DNA from: Takakia lepidozioides | Taxonomy: Eukaryota > Plantae > Bryophyta | Length of the DNA stretch: 64,000 nt | NCBI GenBank assembly: GCA_030704615.1 | Contig: CM060733.1 | Coordinates: 48,484,001-48,548,000 of the forward strand | Direction of reading: 5' to 3' | Shown: piece after piece, positions 48,136-61,983 of the stretch | How positions within the stretch are numbered: position 1 is the first letter of the stretch | How the letters are laid out: every line of letters begins with the position of its first letter | The notes under the pieces: model-generated | Seen by the model: only the letters and a program-made list of their open reading frames with translations | Database searches by the model: none | Told to the model about the DNA's origin: nothing | Made by a program: the position numbers and the translations under genes

Positions 48136-50589
48136 CCAGGGGCCACCCAAGTAAATTCATATTTATTTTCTTTCTAGGTTGTGAAGCATGGTAATGGTAA
48201 TTCTTTCCACAACCTCTGCAGTATGATTCAGGGCCTCTGACCCCTTTTCTTCCAAAAATAAAAAGTTGTTTATGGTCAGTTTGCTAAGCTTCAGTAGTAC
48301 ATGATACATAATAGGGTTGATGTCCAAGTCATCATATCATGGATTGTGGCAGCTAGACACACAATAACGGTCCTAAGATATGGGCGCAGGCTATCTTAAC
48401 CCTTACAGGACGAGACCTATTCTGGTGGGCCACCCCCCAAAAGTGTACATACTTGCCTCTCTTAATGCTACACTGAATCATCCAACCTTACAAATACATT
48501 CCTGACTACCACATCCATCTACCCCCAGAAAATCAGGAAGATCCACCGTTGGCATGGGTACATTATAACAAAATACTATTGTGGATTTTTTGAAGCCCAC
48601 TCAAAATTGCATGGCAAAAATGGTTTGACCACTAAATTCAAGTGCCTTGTCCAAATTTCTGAGATGCCATCCATAATCATAACCCCTAAGCGTCAAAACA
48701 CCCAAATTGGGTCGGTTGGGTTTAGAAAACATTATCCCTCAGGTTAAGCCTGATGTGGGCCCACATAGGCTCATTCGATTGGAAATCAAGTCGGGTATGA
48801 TGTGGCATTGTTCAATTGATCATATGTCCTGGAAATTGCCACGTGGAGAGCGTAGAGTCTGCCAGACTCGTGATTTTGAGGCCACTTTCCACCATCTAAC
48901 CTGCCCTGAGGATGACGTGGCAACTAGGGTCAGGTTAGGGTGAAATTCCATGCACCCCCCATGGCAGGGTGGCGCGTCTCCCAACACCCTTTATTGCGCC
49001 ACTTACCCCGTAATTGGCACCCGCAGCCGACCTGCCTCGGAGATCTCCATGCCTAATCCCCAAGCTGGAATCAATGGCGATGGTAGCTCCGGGCGTGGTT
49101 TGGTGTCAAACCTGTTGTTGTGGGGGGGATGAGAGCGCGGGAGAACACTCAATTGATGCGCAGCTCGAGAGCTGCCCATACGCTTCTTCGACATTCATCC
49201 AAATTCATCCGTGGAAATATGGATGTAGAAACCTCTCACATTCATCCAAATTCAAATCATGTTGGCATATTCCGTCCACTTTGTGAAAATCCGGCGAGTT
49301 TTTTTTTCCCGTCACGAAAACCGGGACACATTTCCGGCATGGGTGGCCCATGAATGCGTGGGGTGGGTGACCCCAAAAACCAATAAACATAGGGGTGGCC
49401 CGAACCTGGGTGGGGGCTTGGACATGCCTTGGGAGGGGTGGAGGCCTAATCAATTTAGGGACGGGTAGGCTGAGGCACCCCCTAAAACCCTCCACAAGAG
49501 AGGGCTACTGGCCAAAAATTATAGGCCCACATAGGTGCAGTTGCAAGTCTCATGGGCAGGGGATAAAAAGACCTAGTAGGAGACTCAGATTGGCCCGAAA
49601 TGTTTTTGGGGAAAAGCCATACCCACCCACAACATTCCCACCGGAGCGATTGCCAAATGAACGGCTCACAATTTTTCCTCAATTTTCTGAGCAAACCTTT
49701 TTGCCTGCCCAAAGGAAAACCCCAAATTTGACCCATCATTTTTAGCATACAAAGCAGCCCACCTGAGATGAAATCTGCAGGGAAGGTGTCTTATATGACA
49801 GGGCACCAGATTCTGGAGAGTGTCATGTCAGACGATGGGAAATTCGATAGAAAAAACACTTTTTTTTTCCCTATTTACTTCATGTTTTTTTTTTTTGCAC
49901 CACTTTAGACATTATATTCTTTGGATCTGCTGGTTGGATTTAGACAGGGATTTTTGTGGTCGTAGGTGGGGTAGTTGAGAGTATATTCCAACGGTTAGTT
50001 TTACAGGGCCTTAGTAAATCTCAAGATATAAATGTTTTAGAGGGCCAGGGTCCAGTTTTTGAGGTCTTGGCAAAAATTGGCCCTTGTCCTTTAGGGGTTA
50101 AACCATCCAAGGGGACCTTATTAGTAAGACAAAATGTTGAGAACCATAGAACGACCAATGCTAAATTGATCTTTATGACAATTTAAGTGATGTACTATGT
50201 TGAGGAACGAAGAATGGAGAGAGAAAGAGCATGCAGCCAAGAAAACAAATTAACAAGTCCGGAGAAACCTATGCATAGAAAGCTGAGGCATGCAACAACC
50301 AACTGCGTAGGTCAGAATATTCTTCATTATCCGAGCTGCTGACATCCTTGCAAACACCATAGTGTTCTATGATTTTTTGCAGTGCTTTGGCAAACTGGAC
50401 AACATTATTCAACTTCCCCTTCATGTGTACATCTTCATTGAAAAAGACCAACGTGGAGAGCTTTGGCTCTTGAGCAGCACAAAAATCTTGCAATTTCTCA
50501 AATTCTTGTAACGAGATGGTTATATGTGCCCATTACCACTCGGCCACAACTTCGTTGACGACTAACTAGGGTAGCATGTGTGCTGTTGG

Positions 50590-52080
50590 CCCAAGTGTCC
50601 AGTGTCATCTAAGCCCAAGTGCAATCTCTTATGTATCCAAGTGCGTCTCCTATGTCCAGGCCCAAGTGCGACCTCTAGGATAGCATGTGCCGGTTCTCTA
50701 GCCGGTTGGGAAGATCGATTTTTTTTCAGTTCCCTTCCATAGCCGGTTCCTGCGGGGGCTGCACTTTCCGGTTATGCACATGTGCATAACCGGCAAATAA
50801 CCGCCGGATATGCATGTCAAGATGCCATACCCGGCCAACACTGGTTTATACGAGGGTCCGGGCCAAGACCAAGAAAATGACATGGCTACCTACATGGCAT
50901 GATGGCGCCAAACTCTTGGTCCCAGTCCAACAAAAAGAATGTTCCTAGGATGGAGACCCAACTCTTTCCATTGGGCCCAAGAAACCTACCATTAAGATTT
51001 TTTTTTTAAAGCATATCGCAGTTGTAGGATTGAAACAGGTCATAGATGCGGTTGTAATGCAGGTAGAGACTAGAGACTCTCGATTGAGCCACCTCGCGGC
51101 AAGCACTCAACGTAGGTTATGCTCGTAGAATCAGGTCTCTCTATCTCTTGGACCTCCTCCTGCCTTGATGAACACAATCATCATCAACAATCCAACAAAT
51201 TGCTCGTTTATAAGTTGTTGCAACAATGCCAAAATGGTTGTAATCACGCGCGTGAAGGCCATGAAGAGGACCGAGGCCACAAGAATATTATGCATGCCTT
51301 ATTGCTTCCATAGTTAGGGATACACGATTTCATGGGAGACAACGTGAAGCATAGAAAATAGAAAATGGAAGAAGGGGAGAGTGCCTGATATTGGTGTAGG
51401 TTTGGGCCTTAGGCTTGGGCCCAATAGTTTACAGGAGGAGGGCCCAATTCGTTGAAAATTATATTTTAATCAGTTCATTCAGCCCCATTGTGGGCGCTTT
51501 TGGGCCCATGATTTCTTGGGCCCGGGCCCTTTGTAAACTGGCCCTAAGACCAAGTGGAATCTCCTATGTATCCCAATGCGTCTCCTATGTCGAGGCCCAT
51601 CTAAGCCCAAGTGCAATCTTTTATGTATCCAAGTGCATTTCTTGTGTAAAGGCCCAAGTGTCCATTGTCATCTAAGCCCAAGTGCAATCTCCTATGTATC
51701 CAAGTACTTCTCCCATGTAGAGGCCCAAGTGCGACCTACGGTGTCCAATGTCATCTAAGTCCAAGTGTAATCTCCGCATCCAAGGACCCTGCAGTTTAGG
51801 AGATCTCCATGTCATTGTTCCAACAAAGCCCACTTTGCTATTTTTGCAATCTCCCATATCGAGGCTTCCTATAATGATATATCCACATTGCTATTTTTGC
51901 AATCTCCCATATCGAGGTTTCATATAATGATATATCCACTTTGCTATTTTTCGTGAGTTTCCAGCGACCAAAAGTACTTGAAATTCCAAATCTCCCACAA
52001 GAAGGGCCAATCATTGCTCCAGGAAAGCCCACTTTGCAAATTTCAAGCGACCCATAGTACTTGAAATTCCATATCTCCCA
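50590..52080. repeat. Degenerate tandem repeats (CCAAGTG-based units at 50590-50675 and 51545-51800; ~51-bp units at 51830-51950)
   Basis: Repeated ctaagcccaagtgcaatctcctatgtatccaagtg and ccactttgctatttttgcaatctcccatatcgagg. Probably TE subterminal DNA. Confidence 0.7.
50677..50843. mobile_element. Solo hAT end with CCGGTT repeats and a 26-bp perfect palindrome
   Basis: Ends in CCGGCCAACACTG followed by GTTTATAC. Palindrome CCGGTTATGCACATGTGCATAACCGG at 50768-50793. Confidence 0.5.
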
Positions 52081-53184
52081 CGCCGCGGGCCCAAAATCGT
52101 GAGACCAAGCGGGTGCACCCCTCCTCATCGAGGGCTTCCCAACGGCACCAAGCACCGGGGCTGGGGCTGCGGTTTGGGAGATCTCAATGACGCTAGTACA
52201 AAACAAAATAGACAAAACAAAAAACAGAAAACAAACAAACAAACGTCTCGATAAGACGAGTGGAAGAGTGAAAAAGAAAAACGAAAAAAAAAGAAAAGAA
52301 AAAGAAAAAGAAAAAAAGTGGAGATTCCACAAGTGGATGGATTCTATTTACGAGCATGACTCCAACGTGGCCCGACGGACGAGCACATCCAGGCTTGATG
52401 GATGGATGATAGGGCTTATTCAGCATCCAACGGATGATGCCCTATTCAAGTCGGTGGGTCTTCACTGCATACCAAGGATCAGAACACGCGGCCCCACCGG
52501 CTGCCTCCGGTGGAAGGTGGCGAGTCCTGGCGGCGACCCGCAAGTGCCAGTCTATTGGCCGTTCCCACGCTATTGGGTCACGTTCACGAATCCAGATAAG
52601 TGTTCCCAACTCGCCCAGTGACCGGGAAAAAGATGTCGGCTGAACTGCCGACTGGTCGACCGGGTGTAGCCGGTGGGAACTGTGCATGGTGTGGAGGGCA
52701 AGCAAAGCTATGGCTGTGTGATTGATGCTCAGTTTCCGCCATCGCTTGCCTGCATTGTCTTCTCGCATCTCGGCTTCGCATTCCTGCAGGTGAAGAAGCT
52801 GCGATTACGCCAACCAGCACCTTCGGGTAACAGATTGTATTGGATCGATCTGTCAGGCTTCTGTGTAGTAAGGAAACTCGTCATTTGACCGTCTGTAGAG
52901 GTTTTGACGAGATCTGAAACTCTGTTGATCTCTGGATTGTCTGGGGTTCAGTACGCTGGCGAGGTGCGAGGATCTCCGACCTAAATGGTGTTGTCGTCTT
53001 TGAAACACTGAAATTCTTCAATTACAGTTGGTGCAGGGTTATCTAGGGACTGTTTTTGGTGAGATCAAACACTCGGAAGTAATTGTAAATTTGTGTTTCA
53101 GATCGAGAAGCGAATGGTTTGTGGCAATTGAGAACTTGCAATTAAGCAGGGTAGAAGTCTGCAACGGAACTTTTTTCTTCCCCG

Positions 53185-56100
53185 ATGCGCCGCGGGCCTC
53201 TGATGGCTGTGATGGGAAATCTAGTATGCTTCCAATTCTTGGTGATGGCAGGGTTAGTATTGATTTTGGCCACATCTCTAGTGGCGCCTGCATGGGGGAA
53301 ATTTGTAGTAGAAAAGAACAGCTTGAGCGTCACGTCGCCAGATTCTCTGAAAGGAACGCATGACAGTGCCATTGGCAACTTTGGCGTTCCACAGTACGGG
53401 GGAACCATGGTTGGGACAGTCATCTACCCCAAGGAGAAGTCCATTGGCTGCGAGTCTTTTGATTCCGTTTCCTTTCGGAGTGGAGGATCTGGCGGGCGTC
53501 CGAATTTTGTGCTACTTGATCGTGGAGGTATTCTCCTACCACATTTCAGCTTCTAGGGAAGTTACTGTTGTCAGAATTGTTCCTTCATTTGGTCCTCAAG
53601 TTCTACTTCTCCCGGTGTCATGGGCCAGGTGACATTTTTTCCTATATCGTGAGTGTTTCATGGACCTTAATTCTGGGCTCTGATTAGCATTCCAAATGTT
53701 CATGTCTTCTGTTGATTGGTGAAGCTAGAATCATAGATCCACTCACTTTTGGGATGTCTATCAACTATGGGTGTCTGAGACTTGTGATCTATGAAGCCAA
53801 GGTGATACACTTAATTATCAGGGTTATCTCATTAATTTTACAGGACACTCAACAAGGTGTAAGCCATTCTTGTTTGTATGACTGGACATTAGGCATTTTG
53901 CAGCGGTAATTAGGTGGACCTTATTCTAGTCTACAAGTGTATCTAGTTTTATTAATAAGTAGGCAAGTTATGACCAGATGGAAATTTGTCAATTTTGTAC
54001 TCACTCGCTAAAACACTGAAATTTGGTGTTCTGGCTTGCGGAGTGTTATTTTGCGTTAAAGGTCTGGCACGCCCAGAATGCCGGAGCTGCTGCAGTCTTG
54101 GTAGCAGACAACCGGCTGGAAAAGTTGATAACCATGGACTCACCTGAGGAGGATTCCTCAACTGACTCATATGTTGCGAACATCACAATTCCGTCAGCAC
54201 TGATTGAGAAAAGCTTCGGTGACGATCTCAAGAAGGCACTTGCAAACAATGAGATGGTGACTATCAACCTCGACTGGCGCGAGGCACTCCCCCACCCCGA
54301 CGATCGCGTCGAGTATGAGTTTTGGACCAACAGCAATGATGAATGTGGTCCGAAATGTGATGCACAGGTTGAATTTGTGAAAAACTTCAAGGGGGCTGCC
54401 CAGATCTTGGAGCAAGGTGGGTACACGCAATTCACCCCCCATTACATCACGTGGTTCTGCCCCCAGGCCTTTCTGGCTAGCAAGCAGTGCCAATCACAGT
54501 GCATCAATCATGGGCGTTACTGTGCTCCAGACCCAGAACAGGATTTCAGCACAGGATACGATGGGAAAGATGTCGTGGTTGAGAACTTGAGGCAGCTCTG
54601 TGTCTTCAAGAGTGCTACTGCGATAGGCCGGCCATGGGTGTGGTGGGACTATGTGACTGATTTTCAAATACGTTGTCCCATGAAGGATAAGAAGTATAAC
54701 AAGGAGTGTGCCGAACAAGTCATCACCTCATTAGGTACCACTATTGTTCATTCTTTGAAAGATGTAACCTGTCCATTGTGTGCTGGGACGAACAAACATT
54801 ACGTCAAAAAATACACGTTTGTGACCCCCTCCTCTATGTCAGCTAGTCGATTAAGTACTCCGGTATCTTCTTTGTTTTCCAAATCTTTAAATCTTTGAAG
54901 ACGTGTCTTCTGCTACGAATAAGGAACGAACATAGTGGAAATTGCCAAGGGGGGAATCCTTTCACTGGGTGCAAGGAGTCAGAGATGTAAATTTTGGAAG
55001 AAAGTGAAACAAATAGAGACAACATTGCTTTTCCGGATTCTGTAGTTTGCACCTCTACAAGTCGTAGCCTCTATTGACAAAAGCTACTTGTGGGTATATT
55101 GATAGGTTTGGTTCCCCTGTGTGTTGGAGTAGTGCACTTCCGGAATAATAGTCATGGTTCATGATATAGAGATTTTTAACAGTTTTTTCATTAGATTTGC
55201 CTGCACGAAGATCCTATGATGTGTGTCTCACAGAGTGCATGCTTGATGACTTATTGAGCTTCTCCAGGTTTGAAGGTCACTGATGTACGTGAATGTATGA
55301 TGGATCCTGATGCGGATGAGGAGCACCCCCTTTTGAAGGGAGAGCAAGATGCACAGGTTCGACAAGGATTGATTTTTACATAGTATTTAAGATATTGGTT
55401 CTATGTCTGAGCTCCAGTGGACAGCTGATGCTGGTTATACTGCTATATCCTTTCAATCTATCAGCAGTTCCTTGCATGACTGCAGAGGGATGAAATGCTT
55501 AGCAACCTACATGCTCTTTATCCTACTGGGATGATCCATACTTGCTCAATCTGCCTGGGATGGTGTAGATTGGGTCAATTCTTGTTTTGAACTTCCTGTG
55601 GCTGTACAAGCAAGAGTTGATATTCAAAATCTTGCACAAATCCTGCCCCTGTTTCCAAGAGCAACCTCCCGTAGAAATTATGTACTGCATCGAAACTGGT
55701 CATCCGTTCATCCTCCCATACTGCTTAAAGCCTCTCCCAAAGTAATTTTTCTCTGCTAACAAATTTGAAGCTCCACATGGGCAGAAGCTCAGACTGTGGT
55801 TTGAAAGTATTGTTTTCTTTGAGCAGAGACTTTGAACCTTTATTTTGGCAACTGATGAGTGGGGTCTTGGCAGGTTGGGAAAGGCACACGTGGTGATGTG
55901 ACAATTTTGCCAACTCTTATCATTAACAGCGGGCAGTACAGAGGTTTGCAGCATGCTTTGAGTTTTCCTTTCCTGCTGGCAATTTCTCTTAGAGCAGGTG
56001 TCAGGGCAGCATTATATCACCTCTGTACCATATTGGCATTGCATGGCATACAGGAGTCGTATTTTATTGCCATGGCATATCCCCTCGGTGCATGTGTGAG

Positions 56101-59100
56101 CTGTGCTATATCTGGGTTTGGATGTAATCCAGAGAGTTTATCAATAAGGAAGTATACTCCTTGGAAAGTTCGGCATGTGGACATGAGAAAGCTCTCATTA
56201 AAGGTCAATTTGGTGGGTTTACTTGATGTTTCAGTAATTGTCCGTATTTGTGGTATCTGCTAACTGCTTTGAACCTACTCACAAATGTCTTACCTGCTGC
56301 ACATGTTTGCTAGCATCGGCATTGGTATGTGACTCTGAATGAATTTGCTGGTGTGCAGGAAAGCTTGCCAAGGGAGCAGTGCTGAAGGCCATTTGCTCTG
56401 GATTTCAAGAGACCACAGAGCCAGCAGTTTGTTTAAGTGATGGTAAGTTGAGCTTGAGTGAATAGCGATGATTGCAATGTTTTGAAGAAGACATCTGTAT
56501 GATTGAATGTCAATGGCTGTTATGACTAGCCAACAAGCTAGGTAGCATCAAGTGAATCCAAAGCAAGGTAGATGCAATAGGCAGGATTAGGGCTTCAGTC
56601 AACCCCTTCTCTGAATTGGTTTTCTTTGAGAGGATTTGTAAGTAGTAGTATGGCCTGTCTACAAACTAGATTGCCTGTATTTGAGTGGTAGGTGCATTTC
56701 AGTTTTATTCACAATAACTATCTTTGTCAACATTTTTAAAAGTGGCACAGAGCAGGTGCATTGGTTAAAGGCTAGTTCAGTCCATTACTTTAGGGCATCC
56801 TCTGTCTACTTCGGTTAATTAAGCAGGCACACGCGTTGAATTTTATTATTACCTTCCCTCTGCAGGAATGGAGACAAATGAATGTTTGACCAACAATGGT
56901 GGTTGCTGGGAAAATAAGAAGGCCAACGTCACTGCTTGCAAGGTATTACAAGTCGTGATATGTCCACTGTGCTGCTTTCATACAAACTCAACCTTTGCAG
57001 CTGCGCCTTTTTGTGCCAACACCAGGCCATATACATCAGCTGTCATGCTATTCTGTTCAGTCCTTAGAGGTCTCACAGGGTTGTTTTGAGGTCCAGACTT
57101 TCAGTTTCACAATTTCACAATTTTGTTCACAAAGCTGGGCTTGATCATTGCGAGCTGATGCTGGAGAGTGGTGAACTTGTCAATGCATGTGTGTACAGTC
57201 GAGGGATACTTCACCTGATGTGGTCACTCCAGATCAATTGAGTGAGACTGCATTCAAGCTTCTGTCAAAATTTCTCAAAAGAGTCCTCTGTTGCTTTTGC
57301 TTTGGTATGTAGGACACATTCAGGGGCCGTGTCTGTGAGTGTCCTCTTGTCCAAGGCGTGCAGTTCCAGGGAGATGGCTACAGTCATTGTGAAGGTAAGA
57401 AGTTCTTTCTCTTTCTTTCTCTGAATCTTGATGAGCTTGTCCACTGCATGAGCAAGATGCAATCTGTGGCCAAGTCTACTGCAAAACAGCCCAATATGCT
57501 CATTCATTTGCAAAGCACATTCAAATCTTGATAACTGGTGCAACTCTGTCGAGTTTTATGGCTAGATGATTTTTGTTTATTTTGGTAGTTATTTCCCGCC
57601 TTTCCTTCTTGTCCTTCTCCTTTCTATTTCAATTTTTTCAGATGGGCTTTACTTTGTCTCCTCTTGTTTCATCATTCTTTCCATGCTCATTCTGTTGTTT
57701 TGTCTGTACTTACACTCGCCTTGTTTGATTGCGAATACTGTTCCTGGGCTGTTACCCAAATACTCAACTGTATTTGCACCCACTGCCCGGAAGACAGTGG
57801 GGAGTCTTAGCAGCCAGTGACCGCTGTTCTAGAAAGTGTTTAATTGTTGTGTTGTACTGAGAAATCGCTGTTTGGCTTTCTAAAGGTTGCACCGGTGCTG
57901 GTTGCTTTCTTGCACATCTCTCTTGGAGTGTTCTTTCTCTTTTTCCCCTCTGGTCAACGGTCAGATAGGTTTACAATCTCTTCTTGTTGAACTTTGCATT
58001 TAATATTCTCACTTATCGTTAAATGTATGTGAAGGGTTATTATCCTGAATGAAATAGCTAGAAGGTTAAGGAAAGCTGAGGACATCTGGTTCTACTTGTA
58101 CGCTGGTTTTTCTTTGGTTTGAGTGGTACAAATGTGTTGACACTTCCTGCTTTTCTTTGAACAGCTGCAGGAACAGGACGGTGCAAGATTGACAATGGTG
58201 GTTGCTGGCAGGGAAGTCAAGGCAGCTCCTTTTTTTCAGCTTGTTCGGTAACTTCTTTTCCTGCACATCGGATTACTTGTAGTTTTGACTTCCATAAGCC
58301 TAGTTATTATTGTAAGTAGTTATCAATATTACGTGCTTGCTAGTGGATAGTTTGTGCTGTTATTTCTACTCCGTGTCGGTAGTTCTGATCATTTTAGACT
58401 AAGTTAGCTCCACCCAGCTTTATTGTTGGACTTGGCTAGTAGTAGTTTCTTGATCCTATCAGGGTACGCAAGCCTGTGACAGGTTATTTTGTTGGCTGGG
58501 CTTGAAAGGGAATCTCTTGATTACTTCCTAGGTTCATATGCTGTTGTTGATAAAGGAGTCTTTAGTGTGGGTGCTTCCATTTATCACACTTTGATCAATT
58601 GGTGTTATGGAATGTAAATAGTGATGTTTCACGTGCTCTACAACAGTCTGACAATAAACACAATATTTGGAAACTGTCACCTACAGAACACAGAGTACAA
58701 AGGGTGTCAGTGTCCCGTGGGTTTCAGAGGCGATGGTGTCAACGAGTGCACTGGTAAGAGTCAAGCCACTTTTCCCTTAAGATTATTCTACTGCAAGAGC
58801 CAGGTATGTCTTGTTGTTCTTTAAGGGATTCTGCCATAAAGGCAACACTAGATGCCAAAAAGAGGTCCAAGTCCTCTCTCTGGATGCCTTAGGTTTTTCC
58901 TTTTCTCATGACTTTTAGAGATTATCTTGGTATCATCTGCACCACTCCAGGAAGGTCCCAGCCCAGCATGAAGCATAGTTTGAAAGGTCAATTGTCAGGC
59001 AAATCTGCGGAGCATTTCTGGTGATCCAATGTAGTCACTGTCATGCTTTTGTGCTTTTTCCACAACCCTCATTTTAATTGGGGCGAAATGACATTAGATG

Positions 59101-60129
59101 TCCATTGCAGTTGTCATTTCTCAGAGTGGACTTGAATGCTATTGGGCCTATTTGAACACATCTGAATCCGACTTTTGTGAAGATCAGAAAATTTCATTCC
59201 TTCACAATCACTTCTTAATGTTTGTTTGTGACCATGTGCTTGCATTGAAATTGCGGTGGGTGCAGATATCGATGAATGCAAAGAGAAGACGGCTTGTCAA
59301 TGTCCTGAATGCAGCTGCAAGAACACATGGGGTGGCTATGATTGCCAGTGTTCTGATGATCTTCTCTATATCAGAGAACATGATACCTGCATCAGTAAGT
59401 AACCAACTCCCTTTACCACTTCTCTGGTGTGACACTATCCTTAGTGGTATTCTGAGAATGCATTACAGTTTGCTTTGTACCTAAACCTTGACATAGCATG
59501 GTCTCAGAGTATATTTGCAGCCTGATTTTTGGTTTGTGCCAATCGTCTTTTGCATTGCCAGTTGTCTCAACTCTTGGTAGTGGATATTGGGTTGGAGATT
59601 GCGCTTTTTAAATCTGCTGTCTAAAGAGGCTCTATTTTTCACTAGTTTGATCATTTGGATACTTCTTGGGCTTTCAGCACTTGCGGTACAGGGGACTTCG
59701 TTCCACTTTTGAACCTTCAGAAAAATTGCCTGTTCTTGTACTGATGTCAACATACTTAAAATTTCTTTTTGGTGATTGGGCAGGCAAGAAGAGCTTACAA
59801 GCAAAGGTTGGGTGGGGACTGACGTTCGTCATACTCTCGGGTTTGGCGGTGGTTGGATTGGTTGCCTATGTTGTCTACAAGTATAGACTACGGGTATGTA
59901 TGTGCTGAATGAATTGAATGTGTGACATGTGGTCGAAGTCATCCAGGATAAGGTGTCAGTTAATTTTTGATTCGGTGTAATGTGGTATTTCTTAGTGCAC
60001 TGATATCTGTATTGTGGTTTGTGGGGCTTGCAGTCATATATGGATTCAGAGATAAGGGCTATCATGGCACAGTATATGCCCTTGGATAGCCATAATGATA
60101 TCAACCAGCACTTGCAAGAGGATGCTTAG
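53185..60129 (+). CDS. VSR: Vacuolar sorting receptor (BP-80 family), 12 exons
   Basis: Exons ~53185-53527, 54042-54734, 55268-55356, 55874-55943, 56359-56442, 56866-56942, 57313-57394, 58165-58247, 58687-58753, 59266-59394, 59784-59893, 60034-60129. Signal peptide, PA domain ([20 protein letters not shown]), three EGF repeats, transmembrane segment, YMPL tail. Start ATG ambiguous (53185/53203/53212). Confidence 0.95.
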
Positions 60130-61983
60130 CTGCAGGTGATTGGGAAGTACGAGAAACAGGGCTTTGCATCTTCCAGCAAATTGTTTGTAGTTTGAGGGGG
60201 TCTACACAAAACTTGGATGTTTGGGGTTGGAGCTAATGCTGGTCCCTATGCAAGTAGAACATGGATAGAGATTTTTCTAGAGGAAAGCTGTTTGTTTGCT
60301 GTATGTCAAACACTGGATTTTGTCTAGATCCACCATCTCCACAGACCTGGGAGTAAACTCTGAGCAGAATGTAGTCCCCAGGCAGAAGTGGGGCTGTCCG
60401 GCATTGTGATTGTTAACCTTGTATAGAATAGCTTTCGAAGTGGGTTTTTGGCCAGCTTTATTTTCCGAAGGGATGTAGCCTTTGATTGTAGTGTTGCAGC
60501 TTGTGGCAGGTCTCAGACACATGCTTATAAACCACTAGTTGTAGTGACATTGCCTTCATTGTGGCAAAAAAAGATGTCGAGTAAGGTTCTGGGGCAGCCA
60601 TGTCATTTCTCATGTGGAAGAGAATCCCCTAAATTTTTAAGGTTTTTGTGCAATGTGACATGAACATGGGTTTCCTCATGATTTGCTTCTAGTGGGCGAG
60701 ATGCTGATTCTTGATGAAACGCATACTTCACTATTCATTATTCTACTCCTTCACCCCCGCCAGATTTGTGAATGATGTTGCTGGCTCATTTCTCCCACAC
60801 CTTGATGTGATATCAGTACTTCTTGTGGTACTCTCCATTACCTTCTGTGTTGTGGCACATCATGTATGGTAGCATGGACCCTAATTAGCAATGTTACACT
60901 GGGAGGGCCACCTTATCAACTAGTTTTTTGGATGAAACCGAAGTTTCATGTGATCAGTTGAAGAGATAAAGATTACACTGGCCTGCACTTACAATAAATC
61001 TCTAGTTGCGAATCATCGCATGGCTGGGGAAGTGCTTTCTCAAGTCGACCCCTCAATCCAGTACCGACCAGTGAGTTTATCACACGACGATGGAGACAAA
61101 TGAGTACTACTGCGAAACAAGGAACTAGCTGTGGCAAGTTCAGACGAAGTCCTATAGGATTCTGCTAAGTACTAAAACCTTCAATCAAAATGGTGGGACA
61201 TTTGAAACCACTGCCGGTCTGTCAAAATTCAATGCACTAAACTATGTACAAGTCTGTCTGATAGAAAGTACATGGACCAGGCTGAACAATGCTCATTCTT
61301 TCACATTGTTGCCTTGTGCTTCTACAAAATCTTCAAAGCATTGTCAAGCGATGTTACCAAGTTGATTGCCTGGCTATGACCTGGGCTTGATGTTTCATAG
61401 GATACACTCTGCATGTCGGTTTCTGCTGGTGAAGCAGGTAGAGCTCTGGAGTCTTTTATACAATCGACGGTTCAGGGCTGCTTGTTGTGTGGATGTCATA
61501 AGTTCTTCAAGTGCCTTAGATCTTCACGCTTGATTGTCTCTTTGATCTTCAGAAACTGGTTGCCAATGGCATCATCCAGGGAAAGACGATTGACAACTGG
61601 CTTTTGGGTGCTCAGCCCTTCCGTGGCGTTATGGGTTCCCCTTCAACCACGGGGCAGGGACAACCTTTGCAAAGTTATCCAAATATGTACCATTCTAAGT
61701 CCTCCTGTCGATGAGACTGTTGCCAGCTACCTGGATTACGGTCCAAATCTTTTGTAAAAATTCAAATGAAATTTGAAGTTCATTAGTTTAACAATGCATG
61801 TGGCTCTTAAGAGGAGGGACAAATTGGAAGAGGCATTATACGTACCATAAGAAGAGTTTTTATCTAGGCAGGCACAGTAAAATTAACAAGGCTCTAATGA
61901 GCAACAAATGGGTTCGAAGGATAGATAACTCATTGTGTTCATACTGCTCCCTTCGAGCATAGAAAAGAAATAGCTGAACTTAC

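Noticed and set aside
48380-50560. GC-rich stretch with many short ORFs
   Set aside because: No recognisable domain or splice pattern. Probably decayed TE DNA; boundaries unsupported.
60130-61983. Short ORFs between the convergent VSR and CFAP65-like 3' ends
   Set aside because: No motifs; consistent with UTR or intergenic DNA.
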